The notes below the pieces were generated by a model. It did no database searches. It was not told the DNA's origin and saw nothing but the letters and a program-made list of their open reading frames with translations. Below are positions 22,628 to 31,414 of a stretch of DNA of 40,000 bases, piece by piece (position 1 is the stretch's first letter; each line of letters starts with the position of its first letter). Origin of the DNA: Arsenophonus sp. aPb (GTDB lineage: Bacteria > Pseudomonadota > Gammaproteobacteria > Enterobacterales > Enterobacteriaceae); contig NZ_CP123499.1 in NCBI RefSeq assembly GCF_029873475.1, positions 999,616 to 1,039,615 on the forward strand, read 5' to 3'. Made by a program: the position numbers and the translations under genes.

Positions 22628-24012
22628 TACACCAGGTACCTCACAACTATCTGGCTGAGCAAAGTGTGATTGGTGGATTACTGATTGATCCTCAGGGTGA
22701 AAACTCCCAACAGGTGTTTTCCCTGATAAGCCCAGATGATTTTTACTCACACCACCACAGTGAAATTTATGCCCAGATGCGAGTAATGAACAGTCACAGA
22801 GAGCCGATAGATATTATTACTCTATCGGATAGAATAACCAAATGCGGGAAAAATGAATCAACAGGCGGTTTGGCTTATCTGGCTGAAATAGCCAAAAATG
22901 TTCCTAGTGCTGCAAATATTGTGAATTACGCAAAGAGTATCAAAGACTGTGCGCTCAGCCGATATGCGATTGAAAAAGCAAAAGAAATTCAGCGATTATT
23001 TACAGAAAATACGCTCATGCAATTTAGTGAAAAAATCAATATAGCCCAAAGGTTGATCGATGATGCAGCCAACTTTGGTAAAACTGGCCAAAAGACAGGT
23101 CTTCGTAGAATTGATGATGTGGTTGATGATGTATTTACTGAAATATGTGAGAGGCAGGATGATCCGGAAAAACATCGTGGTTTAAAAACGGGTTTTCAAC
23201 ATTTGGATGAATTATTTGCACCGAAACAGATCATGGCTGGTTCATTGTTTGTGATCGGAGCAAGACCAAAGATGGGGAAAACAACCGTACTGACGGAAAT
23301 GGCAAAAAATGTTTCAAGGCAGGATAAGTCTGTTTTGTTATTCAGCATGGAAATGACCGAGAAACAAATTGTGGAAAGGTCGCTATCACAACAATCAAAT
23401 ATCAATTCAGACAGATTTTATGAGAAACTTGAGCAACAAGAATGGGATATGCTCTATAAAGCGATAGGAGAATTAAAAAACGAACCGAACATTTGGATCG
23501 ATGAAACCCCTGCAATGACTTTGCAGCATATTCAATCTGAATGTCGGAAGATAAAACGTAAAATTGGCAGTATAGGATTTATCGGCGTTGATTATTTAAC
23601 CCTGATGCAAACTGAAAAGGCTGACAGAAATGATTTAGCATATGGAAATATTACAAAGGGTTTGAAAATATTAGCAAAAGAATTGAATACAGTTGTTGTG
23701 TTATTGACTCAACTTAACCGTAAACTGGAAGACAGGGCAAATAAGCGTCCTATCCCCAGCGATAGTCGAGATACTGGACAGATCGAGCAGGATTGTGATT
23801 ATTGGCTCGGTGTTCACAGAGAAGCATTCTATGATCCGAATGCAGATAAAACCTTGACAGAATTAATTGTACGATTAAACCGACATGGTAAAACAGGAAC
23901 CATTTATGTAGACCAGAAAGGGCTCTGTATTTTTCCCCTTGATCAGCATCTCGCCGCAGCAAAAAGCCAACCAAAGAAAGAACCCAAGCGTTATTCAGAC
24001 AAGAAGTTTTAA
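22624..24012 (+). CDS. dnaB: replicative DNA helicase DnaB (TTG start overlapping the upstream stop)
   Basis: N-terminus LAEQSVIGGLLID, Walker A GARPKMGKT, then ..LFSMEM.., ..QLNR..E.R..KRP..SD.R.SG.IEQD.D.. Confidence 0.92.
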   Translation: MIHQVPHNYLAEQSVIGGLLIDPQGENSQQVFSLISPDDFYSHHHSEIYAQMRVMNSHREPIDIITLSDRITKCGKNESTGGLAYLAEIAKNVPSAANIVNYAKSIKDCALSRYAIEKAKEIQRLFTENTLMQFSEKINIAQRLIDDAANFGKTGQKTGLRRIDDVVDDVFTEICERQDDPEKHRGLKTGFQHLDELFAPKQIMAGSLFVIGARPKMGKTTVLTEMAKNVSRQDKSVLLFSMEMTEKQIVERSLSQQSNINSDRFYEKLEQQEWDMLYKAIGELKNEPNIWIDETPAMTLQHIQSECRKIKRKIGSIGFIGVDYLTLMQTEKADRNDLAYGNITKGLKILAKELNTVVVLLTQLNRKLEDRANKRPIPSDSRDTGQIEQDCDYWLGVHREAFYDPNADKTLTELIVRLNRHGKTGTIYVDQKGLCIFPLDQHLAAAKSQPKKEPKRYSDKKF

Positions 24013-24035
24013 TTGAAAGGATCATGATGACCTAC

Positions 24036-24314
24036 CTAATCGAAGCAACCATTGTTAAAGATATAAACTAAATTGAAAAGTTGAATGTTTTTTCTGGAAA
24101 AAATATCATTTAATTCTTCATATGGGTTTATTTGATCACAAGTTATAATATCTTGTGTTTTTTTATCAAGACAAAGAGGTTTAGCAGTTATATTTGGATC
24201 TTTATTGTTAATACAAATAATTCCATTTATATTATGTTTTGTATATCCATTAGGACAACTAACAATATTATTTGAAAATACAAATATGAGAATTAATAAA
24301 ATTGAATTTTTCAT
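24036..24314 (-). CDS. small secreted Cys-rich protein (moron)
   Basis: Signal-peptide-like N-terminus MKNSILLILIFVFSNNIVS and 6 Cys in the mature part. It lies on the opposite strand to the surrounding operon and is very A/T-rich. Confidence 0.6.
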   Translation of the reverse strand: MKNSILLILIFVFSNNIVSCPNGYTKHNINGIICINNKDPNITAKPLCLDKKTQDIITCDQINPYEELNDIFSRKNIQLFNLVYIFNNGCFD

Positions 24315-24520
24315 ATTTTTATCTTCCTGTTGTTTTATTTAACTTTATAGAAATTATTTTTTAATGATGAAAAATTTATTCCTTAAAGTGAGTAGCGAGG
24401 ATGGATTAAAATGATCAATCATGAAGTTTGTTATATTTTGTAATTAAAGCAGAATAAAAAATAAACAAGAAAAAGTAAAAAGAATTTTTGTCAATTAAAT
24501 AATTGGATGAAGGAGTAAGA

Positions 24521-24964
24521 ATGGAAGATAAAGTAATCCTTCACGACTCAACAAGACACAATGTCTGGCCAATACTTCAAGCAGTACTAGCAACAAAACA
24601 ACCTCACTATCTCATCATCAAGCCCTATAAACAAACTAGAAGCCTATCGCAAAATGCCACAGCCCATTTGTGGTTTGGAGAGATAAGCAAGTATCTGTGT
24701 GCAAATGGCGCTAACTATACGCCTGAGCAAGTGAAAGAGATGCTTAAGCACACATTCTTAGGCTATGAAGTCGTAGAGCGTATTGATGTGACAACACAAG
24801 AACCTGAGCGTGTGAGAGCGCTCAGGAGAACTTCTAAGTTAGACACGGGTGAGATGTATATCTTTATGCAAAGAGTGGAAGCATGGGCGGCTAGCATACG
24901 TTGTTTCGTGACAATACCTTGTAACTCAGAGTATATCAAATTAAAAAATAGGCAGGAGGAATGA
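24521..24964 (+). CDS. ninB: NinB/Orf-family recombination protein
   Basis: ..IKPYKQTRSLSQNATAHLWFGEISKYL.. is the NinB pattern. An AAGGAG RBS precedes the ATG at 24521. Confidence 0.85.
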   Translation: MEDKVILHDSTRHNVWPILQAVLATKQPHYLIIKPYKQTRSLSQNATAHLWFGEISKYLCANGANYTPEQVKEMLKHTFLGYEVVERIDVTTQEPERVRALRRTSKLDTGEMYIFMQRVEAWAASIRCFVTIPCNSEYIKLKNRQEE

Positions 24965-25296
24965 TGACAGATTTTAAAATAGCAATTTGTTGTTTTTGTA
25001 ATAAGATATTAGGTCTTTATGAGCATAAATATAATAACGCCTGGGATGTTGAATTAAATAAAATGATTGATAACTGTGAGGTTATTCAATGTAACGAATT
25101 CAGAATATCATTTAAAACAGGAGAAAAAATAACTGAGGTGTGGATAGGAAACCCATTTTATGCTTATGCTAATAAAATAAAAGATGGCCACCTTAGCTAT
25201 TCTTATTTTGGAGGAAAACACAGGCCATCATATAAAACAATGAAGAAGTTATATCGATTAGTTGAATCGTTGGAAAATAAAAAATGGATAGCTTGA
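24961..25296 (+). CDS. hypothetical nin-region protein
   Basis: 111 codons; ATGA overlap with ninB. Confidence 0.6.
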   Translation: MMTDFKIAICCFCNKILGLYEHKYNNAWDVELNKMIDNCEVIQCNEFRISFKTGEKITEVWIGNPFYAYANKIKDGHLSYSYFGGKHRPSYKTMKKLYRLVESLENKKWIA

Positions 25297-25361
25297 TAAT
25301 TTTTATTATCATCTTTGTCATCATTTTTTGGTTATTAATAGCACTCGGAAATTTGTAAAAT

Positions 25362-25919
25362 ATGAACTCAGCTAAAAAGCTGAGGCCAAAAGTCTGTAAA
25401 ATCTGCAAGAATAAATTCACTCCTATTAAATCTCTTCAATTAGTTTGTAATCACCAATGCGCAATTCAATATGCACGTCAAAATCTAGATAAGTTAGCTA
25501 AAAAGCGAGTTATCGAAGAAAGACGTCTATTGAAACAAAGAAAGACAGCATTAAAACCGCTTTCGCATTGGCTACGCATGACACAAAGAGTATTTAACGA
25601 TTATATTCGAGAGCGAGATAAAAACGATGGCTGTATTAGCTGTGGCAGTAAAACAGCTATTAGTTATCATGCAGGACATTACAGAACAACAGCCTCGGCA
25701 TCACAACTTAGATTTAAAGAAAATAATTGTCATAAACAATGTTCTGCATGTAATACACATAAATCAGGATCAATAACTGAATATAGAATTGGGATAATAA
25801 ATAAAATAGGAATTAATAAAGTAATCGAATTAGAAAATAACAATGAAATAATTAAATACACGCCTGAAGTTTTAAAAGAAATTCGCAATAAATATAGAAA
25901 GAAAATAAAAGAACTTTGA
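25362..25919 (+). CDS. ninG: NinG/Rap-family protein
   Basis: KVCKICKNKFTPIKSLQLVCNHQCAIQYA... and the later CISCG...HAGHYR...CHKQCSACN Cys clusters are typical of NinG. Confidence 0.85.
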   Translation: MNSAKKLRPKVCKICKNKFTPIKSLQLVCNHQCAIQYARQNLDKLAKKRVIEERRLLKQRKTALKPLSHWLRMTQRVFNDYIRERDKNDGCISCGSKTAISYHAGHYRTTASASQLRFKENNCHKQCSACNTHKSGSITEYRIGIINKIGINKVIELENNNEIIKYTPEVLKEIRNKYRKKIKEL

Positions 25920-25942
25920 TATAATATCAACGGAGAATATTG

Positions 25943-26323
25943 ATGCGAGACATACAGCAAGTTTTAGAGCGTTGGGGCGCATGGGTCGCTGATAATCCAA
26001 ATGATGTGGCGTGGTCTCATATTGCGGCTGGGTTTAAAAGCGTGATACCGAGAAAGGTAAAATCAAGGCCACAATGTTGTGAAGATGATGCAATGATAAT
26101 CTCCAGCTGTGTAGCAAAACTAAATAAAAATAATCGCGATATTCATGACCTAATATTTGAGTATTACGTTTTCGGAAAAACTTTTATTCAATTAGCTAGA
26201 CAATATAGTTGTTCAGATACACATATAGGAAAAAAATTACAAAAAGCGGAAGGGGTAATTGAAGGTATGTTGATGATGCTTAATATTAAATTAGAAATGG
26301 ATAAATTTGTTCAAAAGAATTAA
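25943..26323 (+). CDS. Q: late-gene antiterminator Q
   Basis: [18 protein letters not shown]...[13 protein letters not shown]...[15 protein letters not shown] matches the Q/QuuD family of lambdoid prophages. Confidence 0.9.
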   Translation: MRDIQQVLERWGAWVADNPNDVAWSHIAAGFKSVIPRKVKSRPQCCEDDAMIISSCVAKLNKNNRDIHDLIFEYYVFGKTFIQLARQYSCSDTHIGKKLQKAEGVIEGMLMMLNIKLEMDKFVQKN

Positions 26324-26514
26324 ATAAATAACTTTACGATCGTAAAAATAATGATATTGTGATAGTGTCTGTGTTTATAAAGACAATTAGACACGAAATA
26401 AAATATTATCGATATTATCCAAAAGCCCACATTTAAAGTTCAATACCAATAGTTAACAGTATTCTAACTGCCGATGTGGCAAGTATTTATAACCTCGCTT
26501 ATGCTGGGTTTTTA

Positions 26515-26543
26515 TTGATTTTTAGTATATATATCGTTATTAT
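26515..26543 (+). promoter_or_regulatory. candidate pR' late promoter
   Basis: TTGATT-17 nt-TATTAT, followed at about +1 by a perfect 8-bp hairpin TTCCATTC-cata-GAATGGAA (26549-26568). Confidence 0.4.
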
Positions 26544-26614
26544 TTACTTTCCATTCCATAGAATGGAATAGATTTACCCTTTATGTTTAATTATGATTAT
26601 TATATCCATTATAA

Positions 26615-26638
26615 AGGTCGCTAAATGCGGCCTTTTTT
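26615..26638 (+). terminator. tR'-like intrinsic terminator
   Basis: AGGTCGC-taaat-GCGGCCT followed by TTTTTT, located between the candidate pR' and the holin start. Confidence 0.6.
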
Positions 26639-26681
26639 CATTTTGACTAACGTACAGGGAAACACTCTATCGGAGTGGCAT

Positions 26682-27035
26682 ATGCGCATGCCTGAAAAAA
26701 ATATCGGATTCTGGACTCAGGTATTCATCTGGTTACAGGTTAATGCTCCTTTTCTATTCGGAATTTTATTAGCTGCTGCAACGGCTTTTATCAGAGAACG
26801 TAAAAATGGAACTACTCGTAAACAGTCCATTTTTGAAGCGCTTTTATGTGCATTCATTAGTGTGGGTGTAATGAGAGCGCTGCAATGGTTATTTTTATAT
26901 TACGGGATAGACAGCTCTTTTAACTTGCTCTCTGAATTCTGCGGAGTATTTATTGGCTTCATTGGAACGAAAAAAATCATGGGAATTATCGATTTTATTT
27001 TAGCTATTTTTCGCGATAAGTTCGGAATTAATTAA
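26682..27035 (+). CDS. S: lambda S-like class I holin with a dual-start motif (M-R-M)
   Basis: MRMPEKN.. parallels lambda S MKMPEKH... Three hydrophobic segments. GGAG RBS at 26672-26675. Confidence 0.8.
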   Translation: MRMPEKNIGFWTQVFIWLQVNAPFLFGILLAAATAFIRERKNGTTRKQSIFEALLCAFISVGVMRALQWLFLYYGIDSSFNLLSEFCGVFIGFIGTKKIMGIIDFILAIFRDKFGIN

Positions 27036-27072
27036 CGCATATGATTTAAATGTAATTGTTAGATATTTTCTT

Positions 27073-27267
27073 TCAGTGATTAGCAGAGCTATTATTTTTA
27101 TTACAAATAGAACCTTTATTCATTTGACAAATTTTAAAGGGGCAAAATTTTGATAAATCAATATCTTGTTCATTATCAGTTTCTGTAGTTTTCTTTTGTT
27201 CATTCATATTTGCAGTAGATGCAAAAGATAAAAAAATAAGAATGAAAATTAATAAAAATTTTTTCAT
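27073..27267 (-). CDS. small secreted Cys-containing protein (moron)
   Basis: Signal-peptide-like N-terminus MKKFLLIFILIFLSFASTA. It lies on the opposite strand, between the holin and endolysin genes. Confidence 0.55.
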   Translation of the reverse strand: MKKFLLIFILIFLSFASTANMNEQKKTTETDNEQDIDLSKFCPFKICQMNKGSICNKNNSSANH

Positions 27268-27431
27268 AATATAATCCTCTTTAATTTTATTTACTATGTT
27301 ATTAAGTTTAGTAAAAAAGAAAATTTAAAAATAATTATATATTTGTTCTGGTTTATTATTTGAATTATTTGATATGTTTACCTGTGTTCTATTGTAAGGG
27401 TGTTTCGAGATAAATTTCAAGGGAATTATTT

Positions 27432-27845
27432 ATGCAATTAGGGAGAGGAATAAGAAACAATAACCCTGGAAATATTGATTATAACAACTCGAATAATTGG
27501 CGTGGTCAGCTTGAGCATGATCCGGCAATTGAAAGCCGGTTTTGTCGCTTTGCATCAGCAGAGTACGGTATTCGAGCAATCATGTGTCTACTAAGAACTT
27601 ATCAGCGTAAATATCATTGCGATTCAGTGCTTGCATTGATTAATAGATATGCGCCCGATATTGAAAATGACACTAGTTCTTACGTTAAAAGTGTCTGCAA
27701 TGCTTTAAGTGTTAACAGTAATGAGAAAATATCAACTGATGATAAAAAAACACTTATCGCATTGACTAAAGCTATTATTCAACATGAGAACGGCCAGCAA
27801 CCCTATTCTAACGACGTATTCGAAAAAGCTTATTCATTAATCTAA
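27432..27845 (+). CDS. putative endolysin / peptidoglycan hydrolase (assigned mainly by position)
   Basis: It lies between the holin and the spanins. The N-terminal IRNNNPGNI motif is known to me from a family of phage lysis/virion proteins, but I did not identify a catalytic class. Confidence 0.5.
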   Translation: MQLGRGIRNNNPGNIDYNNSNNWRGQLEHDPAIESRFCRFASAEYGIRAIMCLLRTYQRKYHCDSVLALINRYAPDIENDTSSYVKSVCNALSVNSNEKISTDDKKTLIALTKAIIQHENGQQPYSNDVFEKAYSLI

Positions 27846-28309
27846 TGAAATTTAAAATTATTTTATCTTTAATCTCAGGGATTGCTTTACTCACAATTAT
27901 CATTATTTACGACAGATATTCACATCTTAAATATAAATATCAGGTCTTAGAAACTGAGTTAAGCAAACAAAAATCACAAGCACAGCAATATCTCACTCAA
28001 GTAAAACAACTTCAAGCAATCGACGAAAAACAAACTGAGAATCTCAATAATGCAAAAGCTCAAATACTTAAGCTTAGTGATGATCTGCACAGCAACAATA
28101 AGCGGCTGCTCGTCAAAGCCGTGTGTGCAAAGTCCGACAATATTACCGCCACCGCCTCCAGCGTGGATGATGCAAGACCCACCGAACTGGCGCCTGACGC
28201 TGAGCGAAATTATCTCCGTCTCAGACGTCAGCTCGAAACCTTAGAGGCTCAGTTTTTGGGATTGAGGGAGCGGGTTAAAGAAGTCTACAAACAAAAACAG
28301 GAATATTAA
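27845..28309 (+). CDS. Rz: i-spanin (Rz-like)
   Basis: N-terminal TM segment followed by a coiled coil. TAATG overlap with the preceding gene. Confidence 0.8.
   Translation: MKFKIILSLISGIALLTIIIIYDRYSHLKYKYQVLETELSKQKSQAQQYLTQVKQLQAIDEKQTENLNNAKAQILKLSDDLHSNNKRLLVKAVCAKSDNITATASSVDDARPTELAPDAERNYLRLRRQLETLEAQFLGLRERVKEVYKQKQEY
28050..28244 (+). CDS. Rz1: o-spanin lipoprotein (Rz1-like), embedded in the +1 frame of Rz
   Basis: Lipobox TISGC (Cys20) and a proline-rich mature part (PTILPPPPPAWMMQDPP). It lies fully inside Rz. Confidence 0.8.
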   Translation: MQKLKYLSLVMICTATISGCSSKPCVQSPTILPPPPPAWMMQDPPNWRLTLSEIISVSDVSSKP

Positions 28310-28311
28310 AT

Positions 28312-28506
28312 ATGTTTAAACATGAATTAGATCAAAACGTAAAAATTACTGTTAGTAATGAAAATGGACGCATAAAAGGACGAGCTGAATATGCTAATAC
28401 GGCCAATCAATATCTCATTCATTATAAAGTTGCTGATGGAAGAGCTGTAGATGGATGGTTTTATGAGGATGAAATATCACCTTTAACACCTAATCAAAAA
28501 ATGTGA
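28312..28506 (+). CDS. hypothetical protein
   Basis: 64 codons immediately after Rz. Confidence 0.5.
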   Translation: MFKHELDQNVKITVSNENGRIKGRAEYANTANQYLIHYKVADGRAVDGWFYEDEISPLTPNQKM

Positions 28507-28782
28507 TGAATATAACTTATAATAAAAATAGTAAATAAAATCATTTAGTTAATTAATGTTACCCTCATCGGTGAGGGTAAGAAACTCACGTTATGGTGAT
28601 TACCATATCGGAATTAATTCAAGTAGTTACATTTCACTGCGTAACGAAAGCGCACTCAAATAAACCACCGAACCTGACTTTATAGAAATGTGCCCTTGAG
28701 GATGTCAGTAGAGCTGACGAGCCTCGGTGGGCTGACATTCCTATTTCGGCAAGGGTTCATTTCATAGAGAAGGTAATACGTT

Positions 28783-29373
28783 ATGTCTAAAACATTAGTA
28801 TTCAAAGATCGTGAAGTTATTCCTTTTGATAAAGGGGATGACAGAATTTGGTTTACAAGCAAACAAGTGGCTGAATTACTAGCTTACTCAAGAGCAAAAT
28901 CGGTAACTAATTTGTACAATGCTAATGCTGATGAATTTACCTCAGCAATGACCGAGGTCATTACAACAGTGACCTCGAATAAATCAAAGAGAGGTCGGAA
29001 TCTTCAAACAAAAGTACGTTTATTTTCTCTTCGTGGACTTCATCTATTAGGTATGCTTGCGGATACCCCTGTTGCTAAAGAAATTCGCAGGTGGGTACTT
29101 AATTTAATAGAAAAAGAAGAAATCGATAAAACGACTTTATCCTCTTTAGATATTAATAAATTGAAGGATTTGACCCTTGGAGAAATGCAAAATCGGGTTG
29201 TAGCGGCAGATAAATGGTCATCTGCTACTTTTGGCCGTCCAGGAAGCAAGATGATGAATGTGCGTAAAAGACATTTAAAAAAATTACGGGAAGCAGAAAA
29301 GACTATTATGGCACTTTCTCAATTGACTTTGCCTGGATTTGAAGACTCAACAGGGGGAGAGAATCCAGCATGA
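28783..29373 (+). CDS. BRO-N domain antirepressor-like protein
   Basis: ..VIPFDKGDDRIWFTSKQVAELLAYSRAKSVTNLY.. and ..LFSLRGLHLLGMLADTPVAKEIRRWV.. match the Bro-N pattern. Confidence 0.75.
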   Translation: MSKTLVFKDREVIPFDKGDDRIWFTSKQVAELLAYSRAKSVTNLYNANADEFTSAMTEVITTVTSNKSKRGRNLQTKVRLFSLRGLHLLGMLADTPVAKEIRRWVLNLIEKEEIDKTTLSSLDINKLKDLTLGEMQNRVVAADKWSSATFGRPGSKMMNVRKRHLKKLREAEKTIMALSQLTLPGFEDSTGGENPA

Positions 29374-29573
29374 ATCATGAACAATTCATTGAGAAAAACA
29401 TCAAGGCCGAGTTAATAAAGCTCGGCTTTTCTTCATCAATAGCCGCAACAGCAACAAATGAAGCTATCAGATACTATCGACAATCCAAATCAACTCAACG
29501 CGGTAAAATGATGGCCAACTGTCTTGAGGTTGCTAAAAAGTGGGCGGGAAGAAATTCAGTAAAACAGCGGTAG
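29370..29573 (+). CDS. hypothetical protein
   Basis: 67 codons; ATGA overlap with the Bro gene. Confidence 0.5.
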   Translation: MNHEQFIEKNIKAELIKLGFSSSIAATATNEAIRYYRQSKSTQRGKMMANCLEVAKKWAGRNSVKQR

Positions 29574-29653
29574 ATTTGTGATGAACCTCTTCAAAGTAAG
29601 AAGAGGTATAAGAATTTCATAGTGAATTGCCCATTTGTAAATCGATATTGATT

Positions 29654-29845
29654 TTATCTGGGGCAAAGTAGAAGTGTTTTACCATCTTTAACTACAGAAT
29701 CTATTGCGGGCACTTTCCCAAACTGAGTATCACACATTAGTTCTGTGTTTACTGATTTATCAGATGAATCAGTATTATTAGCTAAAGAAAAAAAGCTGCA
29801 ACCTAAAAAAGCAATAAATGTCAATTTCTTGAATAACGATTTCAT
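29654..29845 (-). CDS. small secreted/lipoprotein-like protein (moron)
   Basis: N-terminus MKSLFKKLTFIAFLGCSFFSLA (signal peptide or lipobox-like FLGC). It lies on the opposite strand. Confidence 0.55.
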   Translation of the reverse strand: MKSLFKKLTFIAFLGCSFFSLANNTDSSDKSVNTELMCDTQFGKVPAIDSVVKDGKTLLLCPR

Positions 29846-30093
29846 AATTGATTCTCCGTAATTAAATGAAAATTATTATTAATTAAATCTTTCATGTAAC
29901 AACACATTAACACATTAACACATTTTGTGAATTATATTTTCAAGAATCGCTCAATTCCCCTACGCAACGCACGCGTAAACAATAAACACAGAACCTTACA
30001 GAAAGTGTACCTGAAGAATTGTCGCTAATGCTGGCGAGCAATCTGTGGGCGGCTTTTCTGTGCGGACAGGTTCACTTTCTCTAAGGATACGCA

Positions 30094-30783
30094 ATGAAAA
30101 ATCTCATTAAAAAAGTAAAAGATATTCCTGTTGTTACAACCTATGTTATTGCAGACGAATTTGGTAGAGACCATTTCAGAGTAATGAACAGCATAGATTC
30201 TCTGATTATGTCTAATCATTTAGGAAGCTCCGATTTCAGAGCCTCCTCATATATCAGTAAGCAAAATAAAGAGTTGCCTTGTTATGAATTAACTGAACGT
30301 GGTTTTTTAATTGCAATGCCATTTATTGGTGGCAATAAAGCAAAAGATGGACAAGTTAGATTGGTTGATAGTTTTATAGAGTTTAGGAAAATAGCAGAGA
30401 AAGAAGCTAAAACAAAAGCTGAACGTGAATTAGCGCGTATGGAATACCGCCCGATGACTGATGCTATTAAAAAACTGAAAGAAGATGAAGGTAAAGAGCC
30501 TAAGCATTATCACTTCAGTAATGAAGCAGACATGATCAATCGGGTCGTTTTAGGTAAATCAGCAGCTAAGTTCAAGAGTGAACATAACATCGACAAAAAA
30601 GCACAGCTTAGAGATTGTCTAACGCCCGATCAAATCAAGAGCATCACTGAGTTACAAAGAGCTAACACAGTATTCATAACATGTATGAACTGGGATTATG
30701 AGCAACGTAAAAATGCATTAATTGCTGCTTATCAAAACAATCAAAAAAATTACATCAAAAGTAATTTTAAATTAAATAACTAG
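30094..30783 (+). CDS. Rha-family phage regulatory protein
   Basis: The N-terminus VVTTYVIADEFGRDHFRVMNSIDSLI fits the Rha pattern. The C-terminal helical domain was not assigned to a family. Confidence 0.7.
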   Translation: MKNLIKKVKDIPVVTTYVIADEFGRDHFRVMNSIDSLIMSNHLGSSDFRASSYISKQNKELPCYELTERGFLIAMPFIGGNKAKDGQVRLVDSFIEFRKIAEKEAKTKAERELARMEYRPMTDAIKKLKEDEGKEPKHYHFSNEADMINRVVLGKSAAKFKSEHNIDKKAQLRDCLTPDQIKSITELQRANTVFITCMNWDYEQRKNALIAAYQNNQKNYIKSNFKLNN

Positions 30784-30893
30784 AATTTTATTCCTAATGG
30801 TATCAAAAAATACCGGTGATTTATTAAATTTAGCAGAATAATGTTCTGAAAGAGTTGAATTTGATAATTGTCAAAAATGAATAAGGCAAAAAT

Positions 30894-31412
30894 ATGGCAC
30901 TCACAGACAAGCAGGAAGCCTTTTGTCGCGAGTACCTGATTGATTTAAACGCGACGCAGGCAGCAATTAGAGCAGGGTACAGTGAAAAAACTGCAAAAGA
31001 TATCGCATGTCAAAACTTAGCAAAACTCAACATTCAAAAACGAATTCAAGAATTACTGAATGCACGTAATGATCGTTTAGAAATTAATGCTGACTATGTT
31101 CTTGAACGATTAGTTGATATCGATCAAATGGATGTACTCGATATTCTGACCGATTCTGGCGATCTAAAGCCTGTCAAAGATTGGCCAAAAGTTTGGCGTA
31201 CTACATTAGGTGGTTTAGATATCATGGCGATTTCATCAGCTGAAGAGTCAACTGAAACACTACTAAAGAAAATTAAGTGGCCAGACAAGATTAAAAACCT
31301 TGAGTTACTTGGTAAGCATGTCTCAGTACAGGCTTTTAGAGAGCAAGTAAAAAATGAGCATGATGTGGTCGGAACATTATCTGATCTTATGGACGAACTT
31401 TCACAAAAATAA
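30894..31412 (+). CDS. terS: terminase small subunit
   Basis: LTDKQEAFCREYLIDLNATQAAIRAGYSEKTAKDIACQNL is the Terminase_2 N-terminal pattern. Confidence 0.85.
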   Translation: MALTDKQEAFCREYLIDLNATQAAIRAGYSEKTAKDIACQNLAKLNIQKRIQELLNARNDRLEINADYVLERLVDIDQMDVLDILTDSGDLKPVKDWPKVWRTTLGGLDIMAISSAEESTETLLKKIKWPDKIKNLELLGKHVSVQAFREQVKNEHDVVGTLSDLMDELSQK

Positions 31413-31414
31413 CT

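Noticed and set aside
26625-26681. The upstream start of the holin ORF.
   Set aside because: The ATG lies in the loop of the tR'-like terminator. Homology to lambda S starts at the MRM motif (26682), which has its own GGAG RBS.
28692-28756. A tRNA-like 7-bp closing stem (GCCCTTG/CAAGGGT).
   Set aside because: It is only 65 nt long, with no T-loop (GTTCRANNC), D-arm or anticodon-arm geometry. It is better described as a nested hairpin.
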